The notes beneath the pieces were generated by a model, which saw only the letters and a program-made list of their open reading frames with translations, did not search any database and was not told the DNA's origin. A stretch of DNA of 64,000 nt. Origin: Vicinamibacteria bacterium (GTDB lineage: Bacteria > Acidobacteriota > Vicinamibacteria > Marinacidobacterales > Marinacidobacteraceae). The stretch is taken from positions 896,001 through 960,000 of the forward strand of contig CAXXLQ010000004.1 of assembly GCA_963668695.2 (NCBI GenBank). Reading direction: 5' to 3'. The translations under genes were made by a program, and so were the position numbers. Below are positions 51,401 through 61,185 of the stretch, in pieces. Position 1 is the stretch's first letter, and the number at the start of each line of letters is the position of its first letter.

Positions 51401-52531
51401 GTGATTCGTCGTCCTCTCTGGCTAGACCGGATTCGTCAGGCGTGGTCCCGACGGCCGATCGTCTGGCTCTCCGGCGTGCGGCGGGTGGGGAAGACGACGC
51501 TGTCCCGGATGTTTCCACACGCAATCCACCGGAACTGCGACCGCCCCGCCGTCGCTCGGGAGTTGGCGGACCCGGAGCTGTTTCTTGGCAGCCAGCGTCC
51601 GGGGGCGACCATCGTGTTGGACGAGGTCCACCGCCTCCCAGACCCGAGCCTCGTGCTCAAGATCGCCGCGGACGAGTACCCGGGGCTCCGGGTGCTGGCC
51701 ACCGGTTCCTCGACGCTGTCCGCCACCGGCAAATTCCGGGACTCGCTGACCGGGCGGAAGGAGGCAGTCCATCTGTCTCCGGTCCTGTGGGAAGAGTGCG
51801 CCGAACCCTTCGGCGTGGGGGATTTCGACCGCCGGCTGCTCCACGGCGGGTTGCCCGAGGCGCTCCTTGGGGAGGAGAAGCGTCGCTCCGCCTTCAGTGA
51901 ATGGATGGACAGCTTTTACGCGCGGGACATTCTGGAGTTGTTCCGGGTCCGGAACCGCCAGGGCTTCCTGTCGCTGTTCCGGCTCCTGCTCCGCTGGAGT
52001 GGAGGGCAGCTCGATGGGAGCCGGCTCGCCCGCCAGTCCGAATTGAGCCAGCCGACGGTCAAGGCGTATCTCGAAGCGCTGCAGACCGCCCACGCGGTGT
52101 ACCTCGTGCGCCCGTTTCACGGCGGCGGCAGCCGCGAGATCGTGGCCCGGCCCAAGGGCTACGCCTTCGATACCGGGTTCATCACCTTCGAAAAGGGCTG
52201 GGACACCCTGCGGGCAGAGGACCGCGGCATCCTGTGGGAGCATCTGGTGCTCGACGCGCTGCGATTCCGGCACTCCGAGGATGGCATCTTCTACTGGCGC
52301 GACAAGGCCGGCCGGGAGGTGGATTTCGTCATCCGCCGCGGGCGGGACCGCGTGGATCTCGTCGAGTGCAAGATGGACCCCGATGAACTCGACGGCACGG
52401 CGGTCCGCGCCTTCCGCGCGATCTATCCGTCAGGCGAGAACTTCCTCGCGTCTCCGGCGGCGAAGGAGCCCTACCGGATCCGACGGCGCGATCAGGTGTT
52501 CACCGTCTGTCCGGTGGACGCAATCGTCTGA
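51401..52531 (+). CDS. AAA+ ATPase with DUF4143 / PD-(D/E)xK C-terminus
   Basis: GVRRVGKTT, LDEVH, ATGSS, EVDFV...VECK. Confidence 0.88.
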   Translation: MIRRPLWLDRIRQAWSRRPIVWLSGVRRVGKTTLSRMFPHAIHRNCDRPAVARELADPELFLGSQRPGATIVLDEVHRLPDPSLVLKIAADEYPGLRVLATGSSTLSATGKFRDSLTGRKEAVHLSPVLWEECAEPFGVGDFDRRLLHGGLPEALLGEEKRRSAFSEWMDSFYARDILELFRVRNRQGFLSLFRLLLRWSGGQLDGSRLARQSELSQPTVKAYLEALQTAHAVYLVRPFHGGGSREIVARPKGYAFDTGFITFEKGWDTLRAEDRGILWEHLVLDALRFRHSEDGIFYWRDKAGREVDFVIRRGRDRVDLVECKMDPDELDGTAVRAFRAIYPSGENFLASPAAKEPYRIRRRDQVFTVCPVDAIV

Positions 52532-52706
52532 TCTAGCAGCGCCCACCGGCGGACCGGCGCTCAGAAGACGATCCGCAGACCGAGCTGGGCTCGCCGCTGG
52601 GCGCCCACCCGGGCGGACCCGAGCCCGAACTCGGGATTCGGCGCCCCGTCATCAAGCACCGGCTCCTGCTGGTCGGAGCCCGACACCCGGAAGGTCGCGG
52701 TGTTAA

Positions 52707-52885
52707 CAGCCTGTGGTGAAACCCAGGCGGCGTTCGAGCGGCGATGCATCCCGGCTGAACCGCGTCGCTTCGCGCCGCTCATCGTTGCGTTTCGGTCGAA
52801 ATACACCAGGTATTCCTCCCTCACGCGCCTTGTCAGCCGGGCGCCTCGCCGCTCTCGGCGCTCACCCGGGTTCCACCACAGGCTG
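52707..52885. mobile_element. MITE copy G (179 bp, minimal form, no micro-element)
   Basis: Perfect TTAA duplication; TIR CAGCCTGTGGTGAAACCC / GGGTTCCACCACAGGCTG. Confidence 0.95.
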
Positions 52886-53309
52886 TTAAGCACATTGAAG
52901 ACCTCGAACAGCGCTTCGAGTTGAGCGCCGCCCAGGTCAAAGCGTTTCGTGAGCCGGAAATCGAAGTTCGTCCAGGCGTCGTTGCGCTCGCCGTTCACCG
53001 GCGCGAGCTCGCCGCCGACGACCGCACGCGTCTGAGGGCCGTAGGGGCCGACGTAGAAACCCGGGTGGTTGTGGAAGCCCACCGCCGGGTCCGGCGCGGT
53101 GTAGGGGGATCCCGACTGGGCGGTCAGGATGCCGCTCACCAGGATGTCGAGCGGAAGGGTGAAGATCCCGCTCGCCACGAAGCGGTGCGGAATGTCGCGG
53201 CTCGAGAGGCCCCAGTCGTAGTCGGGATCCGCAGGATCGGTGAGGGTCAGATCCCCGGAGGAGCGTTCGTTGTCGTCGTTGGAACGGTCGCGGGACCAGG
53301 TGTAGTGGG

Positions 53310-53369
53310 CCTGGAACTGCCTGGAACTGCCTGGAACTGCCTGGAACTGCCTGGAACTGCCTGGAACTG
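53310..53369. repeat. 10-bp tandem repeat x6
   Basis: (CCTGGAACTG)6. Confidence 0.97.
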
Positions 53370-53802
53370 GATGCCGTCCCGGAAGCGCCGCCGGAGGGCC
53401 GCGGTGAGCGCCACGTAGTCCGAACGCGCCAGCGCGTCCCGCACCAGGATCGTCCCGTAGTTCGGGTCGATCCGCTCCCCGGAATAGACCGGGCGGCCGT
53501 GGGCGTCCCGCGAGGGCGCCGGTACGGGCTCTGGCCGCGCTCGAGGTCCACAAGTTCGACGTTCACGCCCGGCGCGGCAGCGCCGCTGCGTCAGTGACGA
53601 AACTCTGCACCGTGGAGAGCGATTGCACGGCGCCCGCCGGACCGGCGATCGAAAGGGCCGGCGCGAGGCCGGCGATCAAGGATTTGGCTTTGGACACTGT
53701 CACTCCTGCGACGCGATCCGGAGAAGGGGAACCCCCACTCAGCCCGCGCGGCGCCGGTATCCTCGACTCGGGACGGTTCCAATTCAAGGGAAATCGCAAG
53801 AC

Positions 53803-54576
53803 ATGTCGAACAACAACAGATTGGATCACCGGGTCGCCGTGGTAACCGGCGCTGCCGCCGGGATCGGCCGGGCTACCGCGGAACTCTTTGCCGAAGAGGG
53901 CGCCCAAGTCGTGCTCGCTGACATCGCCGGGGAGGCGCTCGAGCGGGTGGCCGCCGCGATTCGCGATTCGGGTGGGTCGGCGACAGCGGTGGTCGCCGAC
54001 GTTTCCACAGAAGAAGGCGTCGAGACGACCGTGGGGACCGCGGAGCGCGGGTTCGGCCCGGTGGATGTCCTCGTGAACAACGCGGGCGTCGAACTGAAGA
54101 AGCTCGTCGAGGACACGAGCCTCGAGGAGTGGAACCGCATCCTTCGTACGAACCTGACGTCGGCGTTCCTGATGTCCCGCCGGGTGGTGCCCGGCATGAA
54201 GGAGCGGCGGCGCGGCGCGATCGTCATGAACTCGTCGGTCGGGAACTTCATCGCGGCGACCAGGAGTTCCGCTTACGGGGCGTCGAAGGCCGGAATGATG
54301 GCGCTCGCGCGGGGACTGGCGCTCGAGGGCGCGCCCTACGGAATCCGGGTGAACGCGGTTTGCCCTGGCGTCATCGACACCCCGATGAACGAGCGGAATC
54401 TGGCGCGGACCGAGGATCCGGAGGCGATGCGCCGTTCCTGGTACGACGTCACACCGCTCGGGCGGCTCGGCACCCCGCGCGATGTCGCCCAGTCCATCCT
54501 CTTCCTGTCGTGCGACGAATCGAGCTTCGTGACGGGGTTGCCGCTGGTTATCGACGGCGGCCGATTGATCCAGTAA
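53803..54576 (+). CDS. short-chain dehydrogenase/reductase
   Basis: TGAAAGIG, NNAG, YGASK, IRVNAVCPG. Confidence 0.92.
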   Translation: MSNNNRLDHRVAVVTGAAAGIGRATAELFAEEGAQVVLADIAGEALERVAAAIRDSGGSATAVVADVSTEEGVETTVGTAERGFGPVDVLVNNAGVELKKLVEDTSLEEWNRILRTNLTSAFLMSRRVVPGMKERRRGAIVMNSSVGNFIAATRSSAYGASKAGMMALARGLALEGAPYGIRVNAVCPGVIDTPMNERNLARTEDPEAMRRSWYDVTPLGRLGTPRDVAQSILFLSCDESSFVTGLPLVIDGGRLIQ

Positions 54577-54625
54577 CGTATTCGTTACTATTAGCACAAT
54601 CCCATAGAGTAACGAATACGTTACT
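54572..54625. promoter_or_regulatory. pair of 18-bp palindromic operators
   Basis: AGTAACGTATTCGTTACT and its exact reverse complement AGTAACGAATACGTTACT. Confidence 0.75.
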
Positions 54626-54635
54626 ATGCGAAGTC

Positions 54636-54956
54636 GTGATCCGGCGCACGTTCCGCAAGTCAATTCGCGCCCGCGCCGTCCGGGATCCGGCGTTTCGGTC
54701 CTCGCTGCTGGAATCCGGCTTCGACGCGCTGCTGGCCGGAGATCTCGCCGCGTTTCGCAGCGGCCTCCGCACCTATGTGAACGCGACGCTGGGGTTTTCT
54801 CGCCTCGCGGATCGCACCGGCATCCCGGAAAAGAGCCTGATGCGCATGCTGGGGCCGAACGGCAACCCCCGGGCGGCCCACCTGGCAACGCTGATCGGGG
54901 CGATCTCGGAGCACGAAGGGGTCGAAATCTCCGCCCGCATCACCGAACCGGAGTAG
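54636..54956 (+). CDS. HTH addiction-module antidote-like regulator (orphan)
   Basis: RARAVRDPAFR...YVNATLGF...IPEKSLMRMLGPNGNPRA. Confidence 0.78.
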   Translation: MIRRTFRKSIRARAVRDPAFRSSLLESGFDALLAGDLAAFRSGLRTYVNATLGFSRLADRTGIPEKSLMRMLGPNGNPRAAHLATLIGAISEHEGVEISARITEPE

Positions 54957-54976
54957 GAAGGGAACGCCCCGATTGT

Positions 54977-55012
54977 TTGACACGAAGTTCGTGTTTTCGT
55001 ATTCTCGTGTCA
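54977..55012 (+). promoter_or_regulatory. sigma70 promoter and operator, probably leaderless transcript
   Basis: TTGACA-17 bp-TATTCT-6 bp-ATG; palindrome ACACGAAGTTCGTGT. Confidence 0.75.
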
Positions 55013-55335
55013 TGAGGAACATCACCATCACGCTGCCTGAGGAATGCGCCCGTTGGGTGCGCGTGCGCGCCGCCCAGGAAGACCGCAGCGTCTCGCGCTG
55101 GCTGGCCGAGCTCCTCGACGGGATGCGCCGTCGAGAAGACGACTATGACGCCGCCATGGAACGCCTGCTGGCGATCAAGCCTCAGAAACTGAACTGGATC
55201 GCCGGACGAAGACCCACCCGGGAGGAGATCTACGACCGGCCGATTCTGCATCGCGACCGGACACCGGTCGCCGAACCGGCCGCCAAGGGTGAAACCGAAG
55301 AGAAGCCGGAGTCCGAGGCGGCGCAAGTTCCGTGA
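55012..55335 (+). CDS. vapB: ribbon-helix-helix antitoxin
   Basis: MRNITITLPEECARWVRVRAA...SVSRWL...TREEIYDR. Confidence 0.82.
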   Translation: MRNITITLPEECARWVRVRAAQEDRSVSRWLAELLDGMRRREDDYDAAMERLLAIKPQKLNWIAGRRPTREEIYDRPILHRDRTPVAEPAAKGETEEKPESEAAQVP

Positions 55336-55793
55336 TCGGTCCCGTCTTCGTGGACATCAACGTCCTCGTCTATTGGCAGGACACCTCGGACCCGGTGAAG
55401 CAGTCCCGCGCGGGAGACTGGGTTGACCTGGTTTCCCGGAGTCGGTCCGCGCGGACGAGCGGCCAGATCCTCGTGGAGCTCTATTCGACGCTGACGCGCA
55501 AACTGCAGGGGTTCAGCACCGAAAAAGCGCAGCGGATCGTTCGCGGCGTCGCCGCCTGGCGGCCCGTGGCTCGGGATCTGGCGCTAATCGAGCGCGCCTG
55601 GCGCCTGCAGGAGCGCTATGCGCTCTTGTGGTGGGACGCGCTCATCGTCGCGGCGGCGCAGAGCAGCGGGTGCGCCGTCCTGCTGACGGAAGACCTCCAG
55701 CACGGCCAGCGGCTGGGGGAGGTCACGGTGATCAACCCGTTCCGCTCACCCGAGAGGACCCCCGCCGAAGTGCTGGAGGCACTCGCCGCGTAG
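55332..55793 (+). CDS. vapC: PIN-domain toxin
   Basis: VFVDINVLVY, WDALIVAAA, LLTEDLQHG, INPF. Confidence 0.9.
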   Translation: MIGPVFVDINVLVYWQDTSDPVKQSRAGDWVDLVSRSRSARTSGQILVELYSTLTRKLQGFSTEKAQRIVRGVAAWRPVARDLALIERAWRLQERYALLWWDALIVAAAQSSGCAVLLTEDLQHGQRLGEVTVINPFRSPERTPAEVLEALAA

Positions 55794-55801
55794 TGCGCGC
55801 C

Positions 55802-57482
55802 ATGCGGCTCGGAAGCGCGGAAGCGTGGGCGCTCGGGGTTTCGACGGTCGTGGCGTGCGGCGCGGGTGCCTCCTGCTTTCCGGATGGCGGCCGCCACGCC
55901 GACCTCGTCGTCCTGGATGCCAACGTCCTCACCGTGGACGCGGACTTCACCGTGGCCGAAGCCCTGGCGGTCCGGGACGGTCGGGTCCTGGCCGTAGGTT
56001 CGGACGCGGACATCCGGAACCTCATCGGACCGGACACCGAAGTCATTGAAATGGCGGGTAAAACGGTCGACCCCCGGCCTCGCCGACAATCACCTTCACG
56101 GCGCCGGCGGCGGGGACGGCGTGGACCTCTCCCGGGTCCGCACCATGGACGAGCTGCTCGGGGCGATCGCCGAACGCGCCCGGACCTCCGGCCCCGGCGA
56201 ACTGGTCGCCACGAACTCCGACTGGCACGAGGGGCAACTTCAGGAGCAGCGGCTCCCCCTGCGGCGGGATCTCGACGAGGCGGCGCCGGGAAACCCGGTG
56301 GTCGTGGTCCGGGGCGGCCACGAGTACATCCTGAACTCGCAGGCCCTCGAGAAGTGGGGCATCACCACCGATACCCCGGTCCCGGACGGCGGGCGCGTCA
56401 CCCGCTATCCGGACGGCGCGCTGAACGGGGAACTGGTGGACACCGCCAAGCGGCTCGTCACCATGCCGGAGCGCCCGTCCCGGGATCTCGAAACCCGCAT
56501 CCGGGACCAGGTCGAGGAGTACCGGACCCTTCACTCCGTGGGCCTGACCAGCGTCCGTCATCCCGGGAGCGGCATCGAGCAGTTCCGGCTGCTCGAGGAG
56601 ATGAAGCGGCGGGGATTGCTCACCATGCGGGTGACCTTCCTGATGCGCATGCGCGCTCGCACCGCGGATGAGGTGGACGCCGCGCTCGCTGCATGGGATC
56701 TCGAACCCCAGCAGGGCGACGAATGGCTACGCCTCGGCGGGGTGAAGCTGGGCGTGGACGGGGGATTCGAGGGCGGCCTGATGCGCGAGCCGTACGAGGA
56801 ACCCTGGGGACAGGGAGGAACGTTCCACGGGCTCCGGACGATGCCGCAGACGGCGTTCAACGAAGTCGTGGTTCGCCTGGCCGAGAAGGGCTGGCGGGTA
56901 GCCACCCACGCGGTGGGGGACCTGGCGATCGACCAGGTGCTGGAAGGCTACGTGGCCGCCAACGAGGTGGCGCCGCTCGCGGGCAAGCGCTGGGCAATCG
57001 AGCACGGGTTCATCCCTCGTCCCGACCATTTCCCGACCATCAACCGGCTCGGGTTGCTGGTCGCCGGCCAGCACCACCTCTATCTCGCCGGTCCCAGCCT
57101 CGAGAAGTACTGGGGCCGGGAACGGGCCGACTGGACGACCCCGATGCGCGCCTATCTGGACGCCGGGGTGATGGTCTCGGCCGGCACCGACGCGCCGGTC
57201 GTGCCCTATCCGCCCCTCTGGGTGCTGCACCACTTCGTCACCCGCGAGACGATCAGCGGCGGGGTGTTCGGGGAGGATCAGCGGGTGAGCGTGGAGGAAG
57301 GCCTCCGACTCCTCACCGAAAACGTCGCCTACCTGAACTTCGAGGAAGACCTGAAAGGCTCCCTCGAACCCGGGAAGCTGGCCGACTTCGTGGTCCTCTC
57401 AGCCGATCCCCGCGAGGTCCCCGCGGACGAGATCCAGGTGGAGATGACGGTGGTGGGCGGGCGAAACGGTGTTCGGCGCTGA
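55802..57482 (+). CDS. amidohydrolase 3 (YtcJ-like), frameshift near 56070
   Basis: ADLVVLDANVLTVD, PGLADNHLH, KLGVDG, HAVGD, KGSLEPGKLADFVVL. Confidence 0.85.
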
Positions 57483-57487
57483 ATCGC

Positions 57488-59624
57488 TCAGGGGGCGCTG
57501 ACCGAAACCGCAGCGCGCGCCATGGCGATCCCGGAGGCCGAAGCCATCGCGTCGTAGTAGCCGACAAAGCGCCGGGTTTCCGGGGCGTCGTAGGGGCGCA
57601 GGTTTTCGGCCCAGCGGTATCCGATGGACTGATACCAGAGGGCCACCTCCACGGTGAGCGGGCCCCGGGCCCCGGCCAGATCCACCGAGTAGCGGACCCG
57701 ATCCCCGCCGGCAGCGAAGTCCGCGTCCGCGCCGGCGCGCCCGTGGACCGCGATGTCCGGCCCGGCGGCCGCCTTGTCGAACCCGGTGGGTAGCAGCCGG
57801 TTGTCCTTGACGTAGCGCACGCCGTGGAGGAGGCCCGTCGTGACCGCATCGGTGCTGTCAACCAGAATGGATTCGTAGATCTGGACCTCACCGGCCTCGG
57901 TGATCGCTTCGTAGTGCGGTTCGTAGGCGCGGGGGTTGGCGTCGTTGTCGTTGCCCTCGATCTGCCCGTCCGGGCCGAGGGCCCCCGATTGGAAGAGAAC
58001 TGCTCCGCCCGCATCGCGGACCGTCAACTCCAGCCAGACCCGCCGTGACGGGTAGGCGGTCGGCAGCTTGTGACCGGCGAGGCTTTCGATGACGACCTCA
58101 GCTTCGAGACGGCCCGCTTCGATCCGCGCACCCTCGATCCGGACGCGGGCGCTTTCCTTTTGCAGATGCTCGCGGGCATCCCGGGCCGCGAGCTCCAACT
58201 CCTGCGGCAGGGCTTCGACGCCGAGTTCGGTGCGGTAGCGCAGGAGCATCCGCAACATGAAGGCGTTGCCGCCGCGGAACGAGTGCCGCGAAAGACCCTC
58301 CCGTTCCTCGCCGAGCACCGAACTGATCGGCGCCGGCGTCTCGACCTCCGGCATGTGGCAGTCCTGGCAGGACTGCCGGGTCCGATAGTCGCTCGCGAGC
58401 CACTCCTGATAGGGCGTCTGCTCGGGCAGTTCGCCGATGACCTCGCCGTCCGGCCCCAGCGCGTGGGTGATCAGGGTGTGGCAGGTGGCGCAGAGTTCCG
58501 AATCCTGAATGTGCGAAGCCTCGGTCTGCCGAAAACCCGTCGTCGACTGCATCAGCCGGATCCGGTTGTCCTCGATCTCGAAGGGGCCGAAGATGGCCCG
58601 CTCGCCGTCGGGCCGCTCGGTGTCAATCCGGAAGTTGCCGGTGAGGCTCGCCTCGGTCCCCAGCCCCTCGTCGGTGATCTGGTGGCAAAGCGCGCAGGAC
58701 ACGCCGTCCGCGGCGAGCAGGCCCTGTGGGGTGGAGGCCGAACCGATCGGCAGGTGTTCGAAAACGGTCCCGAGGCCGCCGCCGGCATTCGCCTGGTAGC
58801 GGGCCATCGGCATGTGGCACTTGGAGCATTCATCCTCGATGGCGGCGGCGGCTTCCGGATGGTCCATCGTTTCGCGCCGGACCGCCGCTTGCCAGTACGG
58901 ATCGCGCGCCGAGTTGGCCATCATGGAGGCCCGCCAGTCGAATCCGATCGAGACGTCCTCCCCGGTGGCAGTGGTGAGTCCGTTGTGACAGGCGAGGCAG
59001 GATTGGCTGGTGGTGAACAGATCCGCGGTGTGGACAGCGCGGGGCTCCGACTGGGCGGCGGCCGAAAACCCGGGCGAGCGGATGGCCAGGAGACCCAGCG
59101 CCCCCAGGACGATTCCCAGCGGTAACAGCCTGTGGTGGAACCCGGGTGAGCGCCGAGGTGGGCGAGGCCCAGTTCTCCCGGTGGGGCCAGTTCTCCCGGT
59201 GGGGGCCCGGCTGACAAGGCGCGTGAGGGAGGAATACCTGGTGTATTTCGACCGAAACGCAACGATGAGCGGCGCGAAGCGACGCGGTGAACAGCCGGTG
59301 GTGGAACCCACGTGAGCGCCGAGGCCGGGGAGGCCCAGTTCTCCCGGTGGGGCCAGTCCTCCCGGTGGGGGCCCGGCTGACAAGGCGCGTGAGGGAGGAG
59401 CCCCCACCGGGAGAACTGGCCCGCGTGTATTCCGACCGAAACGCAACGATGAGCGGCGCGAAGCGACGCGGTTCAGCCGGGATGGATCGCCGGCCGAGCC
59501 CCCACCGGGAGAACTGGGCCGCGTGGGTTTCATCACCGGTTGTTTGGCCGGGATGGATCGCCCGCCAGCCCCCACCGAACTGGGCCGCCTGGGTTTCAGC
59601 ACAGGCTGTTAACCAGCGAATCAC
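57488..59624 (-). CDS. pentaheme c-type cytochrome; signal peptide interrupted by MITE copy H
   Basis: CLACH, CSKCH, CALCH, CATCH, CQDCH; removing the insert restores MIRWLPLGIVLGALGLLAIRSPGFSAAAQ. Confidence 0.85.
59126..59608. mobile_element. nested MITE copy H (483 bp; inner element 59292-59542; seven micro-elements)
   Basis: Flanks GTAA/TTAA; two left and two right ends. Confidence 0.9.
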
Positions 59625-59630
59625 GGCGAA

Positions 59631-60713
59631 CTACCACCCATCGAAGAACCCTCCGTCGAACCAGTCCCAAAGCAGATAAGCCAACACCTGTGCGGACCGG
59701 CCGTCGGCCTCGCCGAGGGGGACGCGGACGCCGGCGTTCAGCAGGACGTGTTGCCGCGTGCTGAGGCTGAGCTGGATTTGAGGGATGGCGTCCCAGTGGG
59801 TGGTCCCGCCTTCGCCGAGGGTCCGCGCCGCGAGGATCTCGATCATGGGGGACCAGGCGCGGCCGAAACCATTTTGGGCGAAGGTGGTTCCAAGAGCCGT
59901 ACGCCAGAAGACTTCCCTCGGGAGTTCTCCGCCCGAAGGGAGCTCGAAACCCGCCTGGAAGTGCACAAAGCTGTCCCGCGGGAGGATCTGGCCGAAGGCG
60001 ACGAACGGTTCGAAGACGGTGACGCCGTCCCCGAGACCCCGCTCCCGGTCTCCGGTGGGGACGACGACTTCGCCGGCGGCGCTGAGGATCGAGCCGCTCT
60101 CCAGGCTGTGGAACAGCACCCGCTTGTAGGCGAAGGCCATGTCCCCGACCCCGCCGTTCCAGTCGCCCGACGGTTGTCCGAAGCGGAACGGCAGGAGCAC
60201 CTCGATCTGGTTCCGGGAACCGAAGCGCTTTTCGTAGAGGAACTCGCTCGTGATCTCGCCCGCCTCGCCGCCGTCCCGGCTGAGGGTCAATACGTACTCG
60301 TCTTCCGGAAAGGCCTTCTCGGTGGCGAGCGGCCGCGGCAGATTCAGCTCGCCCCGCGGCCAGGTGGGATCCTCGCAAAACACCCGGATGTGACGGAGGA
60401 TCCGCAGCGTCTCGTCCTCGCTGAGCGCGTCACCAAAGGCCGGCATCATGCGGTCGAAGGCGCGTACCGGCCCTCCTTCGTGAACGACCCAGAGCCAGTC
60501 GCCATCCGGCTCCCGCGAAGCGAAACTGCAGTCACTGAAGTCGGGTACCGGGGTGTCGAAGCCGAGGGTCGAAGCCGGGACACCCTTCCCGTCGCTGCCG
60601 TGGCAGGCGGCGCAGGCGGCCGTGTAGAGTTGGGCCCCGGTTTGCTGGGCGCTGACCTCCACCGCCTGGGCGAGGAGCGCGACCACGGGGAGGATTCCAA
60701 CCACGAGCCTCAC
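59631..60713 (-). CDS. monoheme cytochrome c fused to a putative outer-membrane beta-barrel
   Basis: Signal peptide, CAACHG, MPAFG, then amphipathic strands ending WDWFDGGFFDGW; start codon uncertain. Confidence 0.75.
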   Translation of the reverse strand: MRLVVGILPVVALLAQAVEVSAQQTGAQLYTAACAACHGSDGKGVPASTLGFDTPVPDFSDCSFASREPDGDWLWVVHEGGPVRAFDRMMPAFGDALSEDETLRILRHIRVFCEDPTWPRGELNLPRPLATEKAFPEDEYVLTLSRDGGEAGEITSEFLYEKRFGSRNQIEVLLPFRFGQPSGDWNGGVGDMAFAYKRVLFHSLESGSILSAAGEVVVPTGDRERGLGDGVTVFEPFVAFGQILPRDSFVHFQAGFELPSGGELPREVFWRTALGTTFAQNGFGRAWSPMIEILAARTLGEGGTTHWDAIPQIQLSLSTRQHVLLNAGVRVPLGEADGRSAQVLAYLLWDWFDGGFFDGW

Positions 60714-60762
60714 GATCCGCGATCCGCGGCGAGGAGACGCCGGCATTCTGCGGCGTCTGATC

Positions 60763-61185
60763 GTGGTCATCCTGATGGTGGGAATACTGGGGACCGGAGC
60801 GGAACTCCTCCTGTTGGAGCATACCGAGGACATCTGGCAGTGGACGCCGCTGGTGCTCTTCGCGGTGGCGCTTCCAGCCGCCGGCTGGCTCCTCCTGGCC
60901 CCCGGCGCGGCGAACATTCGGGTCTTTCGGATCCTGATGCTGGCCTTCGTTGCTTCGGGTTTCGCCGGCCAGTGGCTCCACTACCGGGGAAATCTCGAGT
61001 TCGATCGCGAGATGCATCCGTCCGATACCCGGCTCGAACTCGTCCGGGATGCTCTTGGCGGCGCCACCCCGACGCTCGCGCCGGGGACGATGACGCTCTT
61101 CGGATTGCTCGGCCTGGTGGCCTGTTTTCGCCACCCCGAACTGGATGTAACCCAGCGGGCGAAAGCCCCACGGGAGGAAGCATGA
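60763..61185 (+). CDS. small four-helix membrane protein
   Basis: ELLLLEHTE...HYRGNLEF...ATPTLAPG; hydrophobic segments; start codon uncertain. Confidence 0.65.
   Translation: MVILMVGILGTGAELLLLEHTEDIWQWTPLVLFAVALPAAGWLLLAPGAANIRVFRILMLAFVASGFAGQWLHYRGNLEFDREMHPSDTRLELVRDALGGATPTLAPGTMTLFGLLGLVACFRHPELDVTQRAKAPREEA

Larger units (their letters stand above)
52561..53702 (-). pseudogene. TonB-dependent receptor-like remnant (large deletion, microsatellite, in-frame MITE)
   Basis: QAHYTWS, DIPHRFVASG, FDFRLTKRF, EVFNVLN, AQLGLRIVF C-terminus; only a signal fragment remains at the 5' end. Confidence 0.75.
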
